From NCBI GenBank assembly GCA_965112155.1, contig OZ218100.1: a stretch of 64,000 nucleotides of DNA. One strand, given 5' to 3'. Below are positions 49,648-60,843 of this stretch, piece after piece. This DNA comes from Podarcis liolepis. Lineage: Eukaryota. Position numbers and translations under genes: made by a program. Below the pieces are notes generated by a model. That model did no database searches and had not been told where the DNA came from. It saw only the letters and a program-made list of their open reading frames with translations. How positions within the stretch are numbered: the first letter of the stretch is position 1; every line of letters starts with the position of its first letter.

Positions 49648-51127
49648 TCTCAATATGAACATAATTATGTTCATGCTCATAATCCCCATGCTCCAGATGT
49701 CATCACAGTTGCTTACCTGGTAAGGGCAGGAGATGGTGGAATACAAAAGCACTAGCAGACATGCACATGGCAGAGGGATCAGCAGGACAGCTGGCAGGGC
49801 CATCTCTGAATAGTCCATCTTTGCATGTTCTTCATCTGCACAGAATCCTTTACTGATTTGTCTTGCCAGTGTCTATGAAAGCCACGCCGCAATACATGTC
49901 TTTTCATGCGTCCAATACGTGGTGGTGGTTGTTTTTGTGAGAGACACAAATGGGAATACTCCAAAGGTAGACTAAAAATTTCATTGACACAATTTATAAG
50001 CATGAGCTTCAGGGAGCAACTCTCCTTGTCTCTTTCTCTGCACCCAGCTGACAAACATAAACATAATTATCGCTATATTTTTGGTTCTGATTCTGGAGAA
50101 ACCAGTGGCTCTCCTAACAGTAGTGGTTTCTACATGGATGATGCACCCTGTTAAGTGATTACAGTCAAGGGACAAGCACTACACAGGAAGAGTAATCAGC
50201 CAGATAGGCAACGGCATTGTTGTTCGTTGGTGCCGCAGCTGGCAGATCATATTCTTCTTTAATTATTTGATTTGTTAAATATTTATGAAGAGTGTCTGGT
50301 GAACAAAAAAATAAAACCACCACCCAGATGTTTGGAGACCTTGTAGCTGAATGTTAATTCGTAGCAGGGTGCCCAGCGGCACAGCGATTTCCATTCAGCG
50401 GAAAACAAACCACCCTAACAAAAGATAATAATTCAATTAGTATAACAGAAGGGGCAAAACATCAGGATCCTTTTAGTTTAGGATTGTGTGCACAAATGAC
50501 TTACTCCCAGCATGCAAGGCCAAACATGCGCTTGGGGCAGGATTTACACTCACTTTATACCCTCTGCCCTCTCTGCTTCTGTTGAACTTGTTGATATCCA
50601 AACCCATTGTTCAGCCGGAATATTAAAAAAGGGGCTTCACCAGTGAAGAATACAGCAGGTATGACGTTCATTGTTGTGCAAGGAACTTATTTGAAAGGGA
50701 AAATAAGCACGTGGGTCTCAATTAATTCAGTGCAGAATGGTTTTTACTTTATTTCCCCCCTTGGTCAGTAACAAGTTTTCTGGGTAGCACACAAGGTAAA
50801 AAATATTGTTTCAAAAAACAAGAATATAATTTCAATAGAATAATTATATTGTTATTATATTTATTTATATCCAGCCTTTTCCCCTGACGGGGACTCAAGG
50901 CAGCTTATAGCTAAAACAGAAAGAGCTAAAAGTATGGAGGGCAGAATTATAGCAGCAGATGAAACGACGCAAGGAAATAGAGAGAAAGTGGTTGAAGCAA
51001 AGCCTGGCAAAAACAGCTTTCCAATGGCCAATCCCTTTTGGCCTCTTCCAATTTCTGAGAATCTTCAAATCACTTGGCTTAAAAGTTGATTTGGGATCTT
51101 CCTTGAAATGCCTCTGATCCCATAAAA

Positions 51128-52224
51128 CAGAGGTTTTCAACCTTTTTGAGTCCACGGCTCCCTTGACCAACCACATTCTTTCTTTGGCACCTCTGAAGGG
51201 CTTAGGAGCCCAGTTATGTCACCCCTTGCCTGAAGAACTAGTAGCTTCTCACCCTCTTTTGAACACCCTCCCTTGTGGAGTGTTCCCTCAGTCTGCTCTC
51301 TTCTCCCCTCTCTTTGGGGAGAAGTCTCCTCCGGGCAGTCGCTGCTGCTGCCCCTGGTCTCTGAGCTGCACCCCCCTGCCTCCAAGAGAGGTGCCTTCCT
51401 ACAGGGGCCTGGGAAGAGGATGCCCCCAGCCTTAGTGGCCCAACGTAGACTAGCCAAAGGTGAATGTGAAGCCAGCACCTTGTCTTGGGAGACAGCAGGG
51501 GCAGCAGTAGGTGCTGCCAGGCCTGCATGGCAGAAAGGCTCCCCTTCAGTACCAGGCACTCAGCTGCCAAGCAGGCCTTGCACATGGCAAACACAAGAAA
51601 GGGCAGGGCATCACCTGTCTGCCTGCTTGCCTGCTTGCCTGGCTTCCCACTTATCTGCCCATTCCCAACAGCAATGGCTGGTGGACTGGCTGGCTGGGCT
51701 CCCTCGCCTGCTTGCTTGCTTACTCTGAGGACACCTCAGCTCCTGGCAACCAACAGCCCCTGGCCAGCCCCAGAGACACCATTTGCCTGCAGAGCTTGTA
51801 GCCAGGGCTGCTGCAACAAACAGCCATACAAGCCTTTGGGAGGCAGACACACAAGAAGGCAAGAGAGGAGAAAGGGAAGGAAAGAGGGACAGAGGCCAGT
51901 GTTGCCTGTAGCACCCATGACCATCATTCAGAGCCAGTGTGGTGTAGTGGTTAAGAGCGGTAGTCTCGTAATCTGGGGAACCGGGTTCGTGTCTCCGCTC
52001 CTCCACATGCAGCTGCTGGGTGACCTTGGGCCAGTCACACTTCTTTGAAGTCTCTCAGCCCCACTCACCTCACAGAGTGTTTGTTGTAGGGGAGGAAGGG
52101 AAAGGAGAACATTACCCACTTTGAGACTCCTTCAGGTAGTGATATCAAATTGAAACTCTTCAGATCCAAATTCTTCTATTCAAGGGACCCCAGGGTGCCA
52201 CGGCACACTCGTTGAAAACCACTG
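51128..52224. mobile_element. hAT non-autonomous element (~1.1 kb including a nested SINE) with GC-rich interior
   Basis: TIR CAGAGGTTTTCAAC / GTTGAAAACCACTG; perfect 8-bp TSD CCATAAAA at 51120-51127 and 52225-52232. Confidence 0.92.
51930..52161 (+). mobile_element. Squam3/POMSINE-like SINE nested in the hAT element
   Basis: Near-identical to 11330-11585; ATTCA at 51926-51930 and 52178-52182 may be the TSD. Confidence 0.9.
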
Positions 52225-53392
52225 CCATAAAAGCATTTGTTTGAGGGAGGAAATTATTTACCTTTGTCATTAATATCGTGCAAATCAGATGCATCAGAAA
52301 GCCCATAAGCAAGGCCGAGGGAAGGCTAATAACCCTTCTCTGCTGTTAGTCTCCCCTGCTTCAGCAGACTTCACATGAAGGTTACTTCTGAAGCTGGAGG
52401 AGGAAAGTCGTCCATCAATGGATGTTTGCTGAAGTTGTTATACGGAACTTCCAGGTTCAGAGGCAGTCTATCTCTGAATGTACTGAGGCTGGGAAGGCCA
52501 ACAACAGGAAAGAACTTTTGACTTCAAGCCCAGCTGTGTCTAACCTAATTTAATGGCTGCAATCCAATCTGAGGCTGCAATCCAAACCTCTCTCCCCACC
52601 CCCACCCCGAGTATGGAACAGGACCACTGCCGCATCTAGAGCCCTGCCATGCACGGGGGGGGGGGCAGGGTAGAAGGTAGAGGGGGCAGGCAGACTGCTG
52701 CACCACAAAAAGGAGGATCTCAGCTTGTATAGCTGCAGAGCTATTAGGAGAAAGTCCACACCTCCTGAAATGTACCATTCTAAGAAAATACTAAAAGTAC
52801 AAGAGCGTTGGCTCTTACTGAATCTGTCAAGCCTGCACTCATCTAAAGTGAGATATTGGCGAAATGCTAAGCTACTCTCAGAAAGGTTATTAATTCAAAT
52901 TTAGATATTTTACTGAAAACCGCAAACACTCAAGTTCAGTTTGCAGATCTGCAATCACCAGATCTGTTTCAGCTCTGCTGAAAATAACCTTTTAAAAAGC
53001 GCCTGAAATGAATGCTTGCATTCCAGCTCTCAAAGAAGGAGGGAAAAACTAAGGTCAAAGTTCTCTCGTTTGTTGCTGTAAGCAAGTGTCACTGTAGCAG
53101 GTAAAATAAGTTGTTTTAGGTGAACAGGGAAGACTAGCAGGCCAACCTAGATCTGTATCATATCTCTTGCAGTGGCTGGTACTAGAAAATATTTTTTTAA
53201 AAAATAAATAAATCATGAAACCCCAGTGTGTACAATTACAGAATAATTTGTCCAAAGAGAAAGTTTACTTCCACTGCAGGCAGGCACAAATGGGTTTATA
53301 TTATAAAACATGGCAGCTTACATCTTGCCAAACAAATTAATGCAGATGTTTATATTTTCAGGATTCAGGCGGCAAACATGAATGTGTAAACA

Positions 53393-54048
53393 ATAGGGCT
53401 GTGCACCAGATTGGCCCAGTCAAATATGGCCCAAATTGGGCTTATTCTGAGGCATTCTGGTATCAGGCAAGATGGGCTGAGACAGCCCTGGATCATTAAT
53501 AATAATAATGATGATAAATTTTATTTATACCCTGCCCTCCCCAGCCAAGGCCAGGGTCAGGGTGGCTAACAACAAATAATAAAAAAGTTGAATCAATATA
53601 ACTTAAGAACAAGATTAAAATACAACATTAAAACACTAAAATGCAGCCTCATCACAGGAGAAAGGAAAAAAGAAAGAGGGGGAGGGAATCAAATCGACTC
53701 CAAGCCAAAGGCCATTGCAGTTCAGGTTGGATTACCTAAAGGAAACCTTTTGCAAAGCTGCACCCTGCAGAATGGATGCCTTCATACAACAGCTGTTCTC
53801 TGCAAGGAAACCACTTGAGAAGGAGCTCCCCCGCCCCCGACCTCCTGCTCTTGGTGTGTTTAATTAGGGGTTTGATTTTATTTTTTAAAGCAAATTAATC
53901 ATTAGCCCCATCCCAAACTAAATCAGGACCAGATCTGGGGCAAGGGGTCCCTGAACTGACCCTGGGTGGGTCAGCCTGATTTTTTTTGGGGGGGGGTGTG
54001 TGGATGAATCAGTGCAACAGGGCAGACAGTGGGGTTCTACACAGCTCT
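53393..54048. mobile_element. Non-autonomous DNA element with a nested minus-strand L2-type tail (~53498-53712)
   Basis: Inverted ends TAGGGCTGTG / CACAGCTCTA; internal (TAA)n plus TTTATTTATACCCTGCCC tail motif. Confidence 0.5.
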
Positions 54049-56084
54049 AATAATCAACCTATCGGAGCTATCTTATATGTTTTTTCCTCGTTCTGTCCCA
54101 CCTAAAAATGAATATGAATCATATGAGCCTTCCACCAAATTAAGCCTCTTTAAGGCCCACTGAAGTCAAAGCAGGGAGTGAAGCATCTGACTTTAGGCTG
54201 CAGTCCTCCACACTGGGGGTAGGAAACTTGTAGCCTTCCAGCAGGACTCCTATCAGCCCCAGGCAGCAGAGTCACTGGTCGGGGTGCCAGAAGTAGTCCA
54301 AGAACATCTAGAGAGCCATAGGCTTTCCATTCCTGCTATATTCTATACCTGAGAATAAGCCCTGTTGACCTGATGAGACGTAATTCTGTACAGGTATGTA
54401 TAGGATTGCTCTGTAAACTCTTATCCTTGGCTGAATCATGCCATAATTTGAGGGAGAAGAGAGAGAGGTTTCGCCCACCACTATTCATCTGTTTAAACAA
54501 ACCTTTGATTTGGTTGTTGCTTAATTTAATTCATTCATTTATTGTTAGCTCTGGCTTTCTATGCTCTTTGTGCCTTTCTCCTTTTCATTCTGGTTGTTTT
54601 TGGTAAATGATTTTGTTTTGTGGAGAATGAAGGAGATGTTACTATGAGGAGGGACCCTCTTTGCACCTGAAATGCGCTAATACGTTTCACTAAGCTCCAT
54701 CTGCCTCTGTGGACATCAAGCAGTGGAATGTATATGTATGAATGGCAACGAATATGGTGAGAAAAAAACAGGTGTGTGTGGATATGACAATCCTGCACCA
54801 ACAAAAATAGGATTTGAACAAGGCTGTTTGCCCAGGACATTTATTCCTAAGGAAACGTAGAAATAGCCACTGTAGATTAAGCACAGGCCACTTCAGTGGG
54901 TTTGATCACAAATATAAATGTAAGTCTTAATGTAGAAGTTTAAGCCTCTTTTACCTTGAAATCACTACGCTTAAGTGACAAGTTTTTATATTAAAAATCG
55001 CTCAACACTGAATAGTTTTTAATTATGAATAAGCTATCACTTCATTTAGCACATCATTTCATAATTCAATTTACACATTTCAATGGCCTCCCAAGGAGTC
55101 TCATCTTATAGTCTTTCATCAGCAAACCAAAGCATATGGCAGCATGAAAAACGATTATCTTATTAAATAAATAAATAAAATGCCACCAGATAATTTAGAA
55201 AGTAAGCCAGAAATCATTAATCCATTGATATGAGCCCTCAAAGTTATAAAATGAAATTTCAAAACATGGATCTTTAATAACACTTAGTTCACAAAAGTTT
55301 TCATACCTTTAGTTCTCATTGTAAGTGATATTTTCCTAGTATTAGTAAAGGCACGTGCTATTTCCCTTAAGTTTCTCAGAACATCACACGAATTAAGACA
55401 CTGTGATATTTATTTTAGTTGATTAATTAATTACTTTGCTAAACAAGAGCCAGTTAACTTACTGTACTTTAATTAGGCTAAGATTTATATTGTGACATGT
55501 TCAAATAATAATTCCATGAGATTTTTTTTCTTTTTCTAATATTCAGGTTATATCCTGTCTTTTCTTCTCTTTGCTTCCTGGAGTATAACTGATGCAAGGC
55601 ATTACTACTCCCAACCTTATCAGATAGCCAAATAAATGGGTTCACCGCATCTCACAGTAAAATGATAGCCATTTGGCCTCCAATAGCGTTTCCATCCATC
55701 ACAGGCAATTTAAAACTGCCAAAGGTCCAGAATGACTCACGAAGAGTGGCAGGTAGGACTTGGAGAATAACACATACATTTGTGTTGGTCCAACCTTATC
55801 AGCGGGACATATCCTCACAGCTGATAGACTGCAGCCATTAACTAATACTCCACACCGTAGCTGGATAACCAGCAGGAGAAGAGAAGGGTTGACAGCTAAT
55901 TTCTAAAGTGCCTTGATCCTCGAGTAAGTGACAGAGCAACCCTAATTATAGGAAGCTGGTGGAACTAACACAGACTTAAGGCACCCCTGTTCCAAGCTGC
56001 GCTCAGAAGTAGGGCTGCTGCCTCCTTAGCCAACCCAAGCCTGGCAGAGGGAAAACAAGCCTTTAAAATAGAGTTTGACTTAGC

Positions 56085-56756
56085 ATCATGGAACCATAGA
56101 ATGGTACGGTTGGAAGAGATGCCCAATGATCATCTAGCCCAGGGGTCAGCAAACTTTTTCAGCAGAGGGCCAGTCCACTGTCCCTCAGACCTTGTGGGGG
56201 GCTGGACTATATTTTTTTTGGGGGGGGAAATGAATGAATCACTATCCCCCACAAGTAACCCAGAGGTGTATTTTAAATAAAAGGACACATTCTACTCATG
56301 TAAAAACACTGATTCCCGTACCCTCTGCAGGCCGGATTTAGAAGGCGATTGGGCCGGATCCGGCCCCCAGGCCTTAGTTTGCCTACCCATGATCTAGCCC
56401 AATCTCCTGCAATGAGGAACCTCAACTGGATCACACGAGACGGTGATTTATTTGTGCTTTTTGTCTCTTGTGAACCACCTTGAGATTTATTTATTTTTTA
56501 TGAAGGGTGGTACATAAATTAAAAATGGCCACCCAACCTATGCTTAAAAACCTGCAGTGAAAGAGAGTCCGCAATCTCCCGAGGGAGACCATTCCACTGT
56601 CAATCAGCTCTTGCTGTCAGAAAGTTCTTCCTGATGTTTAGTCGAAATCTCCTTGTAATTTGAAGCTGTGGGTTTGAGTCCTACCCTCCAGAGCAGGAGA
56701 AAACAAGCTTGCTCCATTTCCCATGTGACAGCCCTGAAGATATTTGAAGATGGCTA
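56085..56756 (-). mobile_element. CR1 3' end, interrupted
   Basis: Minus strand gives ...LNIRKNFLTARAD*QWNGLPREIADSLSLQVFK... and a CR1-like tail; split by the MITE at 56140. Confidence 0.8.
56140..56391 (+). mobile_element. hAT MITE (CAGGGGTCAGCAAAC family)
   Basis: 8-bp TSD ATCTAGCC at 56132-56139 and 56392-56399; sister of 10982-11242. Confidence 0.93.
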
Positions 56757-57100
56757 AACCACAGAGCCTAGGACTTGCTGATCAGAAGGTCGGCGGTTCG
56801 AATCCCTGTGACAGGGTGAGCTCCCGCTGCTCAGTCCCAGCTCCTGCCAACCTAGCAATTTGAAAGCAAGTCAAAGTGCAAGTAGATAAATAGGTACTGC
56901 TCCAGCGGGAAGGTAAACGGCATTTCCGTGTGCTATTCTGGTTCGCCAGAAGTGGCTTAGTCATGCTGGCCACATGACCCGGAAGCTGTACGCCGGCTCC
57001 CTCGGGCAATAAAGTGAGATGAGTGCTGCAACCCCAGAGTTGGCCACGACTGGACCTAATGGTCAGGGGTCCCTTTACCTTTAACCTTTACCTTTACCTT
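56755..57100 (+). mobile_element. Sauria SINE lacking its first ~20 nt
   Basis: Box B GGTTCGAATCC, full body, (ACCTTT)n tail. Confidence 0.92.
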
Positions 57101-57352
57101 GGACTCGATGGCCCTTGTGGTCTCTTCCAACTCTATTATTCTATGATTATCATATTCCTGACTGTAAGAGCTGCTTGACAGTGGAACTTGACTCCTTCGG
57201 AAGGTGGTGGACTCTCCTTCACTGCAGGTTTTTAAGCAGAAGTTGGATGGCCATCAGATGCTTTAGCTGTGATTCCTGCATTGCAAGGGGTTGGACTTGA
57301 TGACCCTTGGGGTCCCTTCCAACTCTACAATTCTATGACTCTATGGTTCTGT
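57100..57352 (+). mobile_element. Two CR1 3'-end fragments
   Basis: TTCCAACTCTA...ATTCTATGA tails near 57125-57147 and 57317-57352. Confidence 0.8.
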
Positions 57353-58655
57353 GACACAACTTTGTGGATCCTATACACTTCTGCAGTTTGAGAAGAAACA
57401 GCAATAGAGGAGAATAAATGAAACCAGGGGAATTCTTAGACATGGCAGACAGATTCTTGGCAGTGTTGGGCCTTGTTATTTCAGGAACTGACAAAGAACT
57501 TTACCTGAACTTCTCTGAATGGACAGCCTGCATCCTGCTCTTATAGAAAGAAGAGTCAGACCCTTGATGAATGCTGTTTTTATGTCTAAAGCAATTGAAT
57601 TCTGAGCATTCTGCCTGCTTCCCTCATTGGGATGTAGAAGCATTTCTTTCTGATTAGTCCCAATGAAATTTTATCAGAAAACAGTTTGAGGCATATCTTT
57701 TATAATCAGTTATGGTTGGTGGTGGTGGTGGTTTTTTTACCACATTTTCATTTTAATGACTATTAAATTTAGAATCAAAAGTGTATTCAACTAGTAATGA
57801 TATAGAAGGCAGAGGAAGCATTATTAAAATATTAAGATTAAAATCCAATGCATAGTTAGGTGGGAGTAAGCCCCTCTTAGCTTAATTGAACTTTCTGAGC
57901 AACATACACGAGATCAGGCTGCATGCATGCTTTCCAGTGTAAATTGCAAAATTCAGAGCAAAGTACCCTCTGTCTGTAACGTATGGAAATTCTTACCATC
58001 TCTCCCCCCCATAGGACATTTTGAAATGGAAATGACAAAACATGAATTTAAATGCTGCAATTGCTTCTTAGCCGACTTATCCAGGGGGGCTAAAGTGTGC
58101 GCCCACGCACACACAGACAAACCTATCACCATCCTGATTGCTTTGTTCTTAGCAATCTTATGTGTCACTGACATTTGATAAAAAGTGGATTGGAAACAAT
58201 GTTTAAAACTCCTGCGCATGTAATCCAAATATGCATTTCTTCTCAAACAATTTTACATCAGTGGCTTCCAACATTTATCAAGGCACAAGGAAGATTATAT
58301 GGCAGATGAAGAAGACCTTTGACCACATCTTTGCACCTAGACAATGTCTTTGGGAGTCAGCTCCGTTCACATGATTGACTTTGAAATACAAGAGCAGGCT
58401 CCATTCCACTGCCTAGGTTTGCATTAATTGATTGATTAAAAATAGTCAGCACAGCATCCGTGTCGGGACGCTGAGTGCAGTACTTTCATCCAGATGGAAA
58501 GTTGCATGTGAAATATTGCAGACCTGTGATATCTTTTATTGGACCAGCATTGAACCAGTTCACATAAACATCACAACAGTATGGATGAACCAAGAAACAC
58601 ACACACTGTGCTTGATCTAAAAGGGCTGGATTATATAAAAATTGCAATATATCAT

Positions 58656-58657
<2 letters not shown>

Positions 58658-58691
<34 letters not shown>
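58658..58691. repeat. (GT)n microsatellite
   Basis: Pure GT run. Confidence 0.97.
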
Positions 58692-58693
<2 letters not shown>

Positions 58694-59094
58694 CAACACA
58701 CTGGAGCAAGTATAGATTATAAATGCATTTCAAGCACTTGAGAGCAATCAAAGGCAATTTTTAATAACTCAAAGCAGCGATGTATGACACTACCAAAGCA
58801 TGTAGCAAATTTGTAGGAAGAATCATAAACAGTACAGTAGGTAGGAGTCTTTTTCGTTGCTATTATTTTTAATGCTACTGTGTAATAGAAAGGTGAGGGG
58901 TAGTAGGAGGATGGAAAATGTAGCAACAGAAAAGTGAGCAATTCAGATTTTGATGCATTTCAGAATCAAGACTGAAGGGAGTGGGCAGCTGGTACACATG
59001 AAAGTGTGGGGGAATTGTTAAGAATAGGTTATTGACAATGGGTAGATGGCATCAAAAATATCCTGGAACTATTATTATAAAGTAACTGGGTTTA

Positions 59095-59456
59095 TATGCC
59101 TGTTGTTTTTGTCCATGTAGTTTTCTTGGCAGGAATACTGGAGTGGCTTGCCGGTTCCTGCTCCAAATCAGCCCTGAGTGCTCGCTGGAAGGACAGATCC
59201 TGAAGCTGAGGCTTCAATACTTTGGCCACCTCATGAGAAGAGAAGACTCCCTAGAAAAGACCCTGATGTTGGGAAAGATGGAGGGCACAAGGAGAAGGGG
59301 ACGACAGAGGACGAGATGGTTGGATAGTGTTCTTGAAGCTACAAACATGAGTCTGACCAAATTGCAGGAGGCAGTGGAAGACAGGAGTGCCTGGTGTGCT
59401 CTGGTCCATGGGGTCATGAAGAGTCAGACACGACTAAACGACTAAACAACAACAAC
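59095..59456 (+). mobile_element. BovB (RTE clade) 3' end with an inverted 5' segment
   Basis: ISPECSLEGQILKLRLQYFGHLMRREDSLEKTLMLGKMEG.RRRGRQRTRWLD is the BovB C-terminus; (CAA)n tail; TSD AACTGGGTTTA at 59084-59094 and 59457-59467. Confidence 0.95.
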
Positions 59457-60289
59457 AACTGGGTTTAACCTGTGCCTGAGCTGAATCTATATTGTCTGAT
59501 GCTGTGGTTGGGGATGGGGTAACCCTATCATTTCAAATTCATTACTGTTGTTGTGCTAGAGCCTAGAACCTTTGTTCTCATGTAGCATTGCAGCTGGAAG
59601 GTCAGGAGATTTTCAGGGCATGTACTTCTATATTTGTCTTCCATAATGGGTACCTGATAACTTATATTCTGATTATGGTAATTAGAGCCCGTAAGTAGGG
59701 AAGAACACACTGCCTCCATTGCCATTCCACAATATGTAGAACTTAAGATCAGCAACATAAACCAGCATTTGTTTTTGACACCATCTAGCATACCTCCTAC
59801 TCAGATGTCATGAGACTACATTGTGCATAATAACATCCAACTCTTTCATATTTCCGTGGCTTTCATAATTGCAGACTTATACACAAAATAAGGGCATGTC
59901 CCAGACAAGGTCAATACACTGATGGAAATACAGAGGTGCATGTTTAACCATCACAGTGAAAGCCATGATTTAATGCTTAACTGTGGTTAGATAAGGGGTG
60001 TTGGGGGGGGTAGTACCTCTAGTGGGACATGTCTGCTTTTGGTCTCCACACTGCACTTCTCCCCCGTGGCTCCTAGACGATGTCAGCATGTGACAGTGGC
60101 CACGTCCCTGGAATTGCTTCAACTGGCCAGCTAAACAAAACAAAAAAAAAAACAAAAAAAACTGGCCAGCTAAACCAGGTGGAGTTGGCTGATGGGTTTC
60201 AAACCCTTGATGAATTAGGGACTTCATGCAAAGACAGGGTCTAGTGGATTGAGTGGATGAGACCAATAGTGGGTCCAGTGGTCAAGAAG

Positions 60290-60720
60290 GCTATTTGCTA
60301 CTGTGAAAGTGATAGGTAGATGAGGCTCCTCAATCTGGGAAGGTAGCCCATCTAGGAGAAGGAAAGCTCTGATCCTGAACCTTCACTACTTGGCATGATA
60401 TCTTTAGGAGAAGAAAAGGCTAAGGAATAAACCCTACACCAATCCAGAGTGGAGTCCCTAAGACAATCGGATGTTGTATTCTACACCTCCTTCCAGCAAC
60501 TCCTGCAGCCAAGCTGGTGGCAAAAGTATTGTTCTGCCTCCCTTTGGACCACATCAGAGAGGCCAAGAGGAGGGTCTTGTTGTCTGGGCAGCCCAGGACC
60601 TCCATACACACTGTCCAGGCTTGTGCTCCAGGGAGGTCACTTTGGTGTTGCTAATGCAGCAGTTTGACTTCACCCCTGGAGGCACACTCCATTGTCTCTT
60701 GAGACAGACAGATGCCAACA
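60290..60720 (+). mobile_element. RTE-derived non-autonomous (bipartite) element
   Basis: RTE-5'-like CTGGGAAGGTAGCCCATCTAGGAGAAGGAAA...AACC joined to RTE-3'-like CCATTGTCTCTTGAGACAGACAGATGCCAACA within ~430 bp. Confidence 0.55.
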
Positions 60721-60727
60721 GGTTAGA

Positions 60728-60843
60728 ACAAGACTGGCAAGCCTATGGCGCTCCAGATACCATTGGACTCCAAGTCCCATCAGGTCCAGCAAGGGTGCTG
60801 GGAATCCAGCAACATCTGGAGGGCTGCAGGTTCCCCATCCTGG
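60728..60843. mobile_element. Old palindromic hAT-type MITE
   Basis: CTCCAGAT...ATCTGGAG arms like 33133-33254; similar remnant near 54215-54335. Confidence 0.55.

Noticed and set aside
51137-52048. Cluster of overlapping 90-190 aa ORFs
   Set aside because: All lie in the GC-rich interior of a TSD-bounded hAT element and a SINE, where stop codons are rare.
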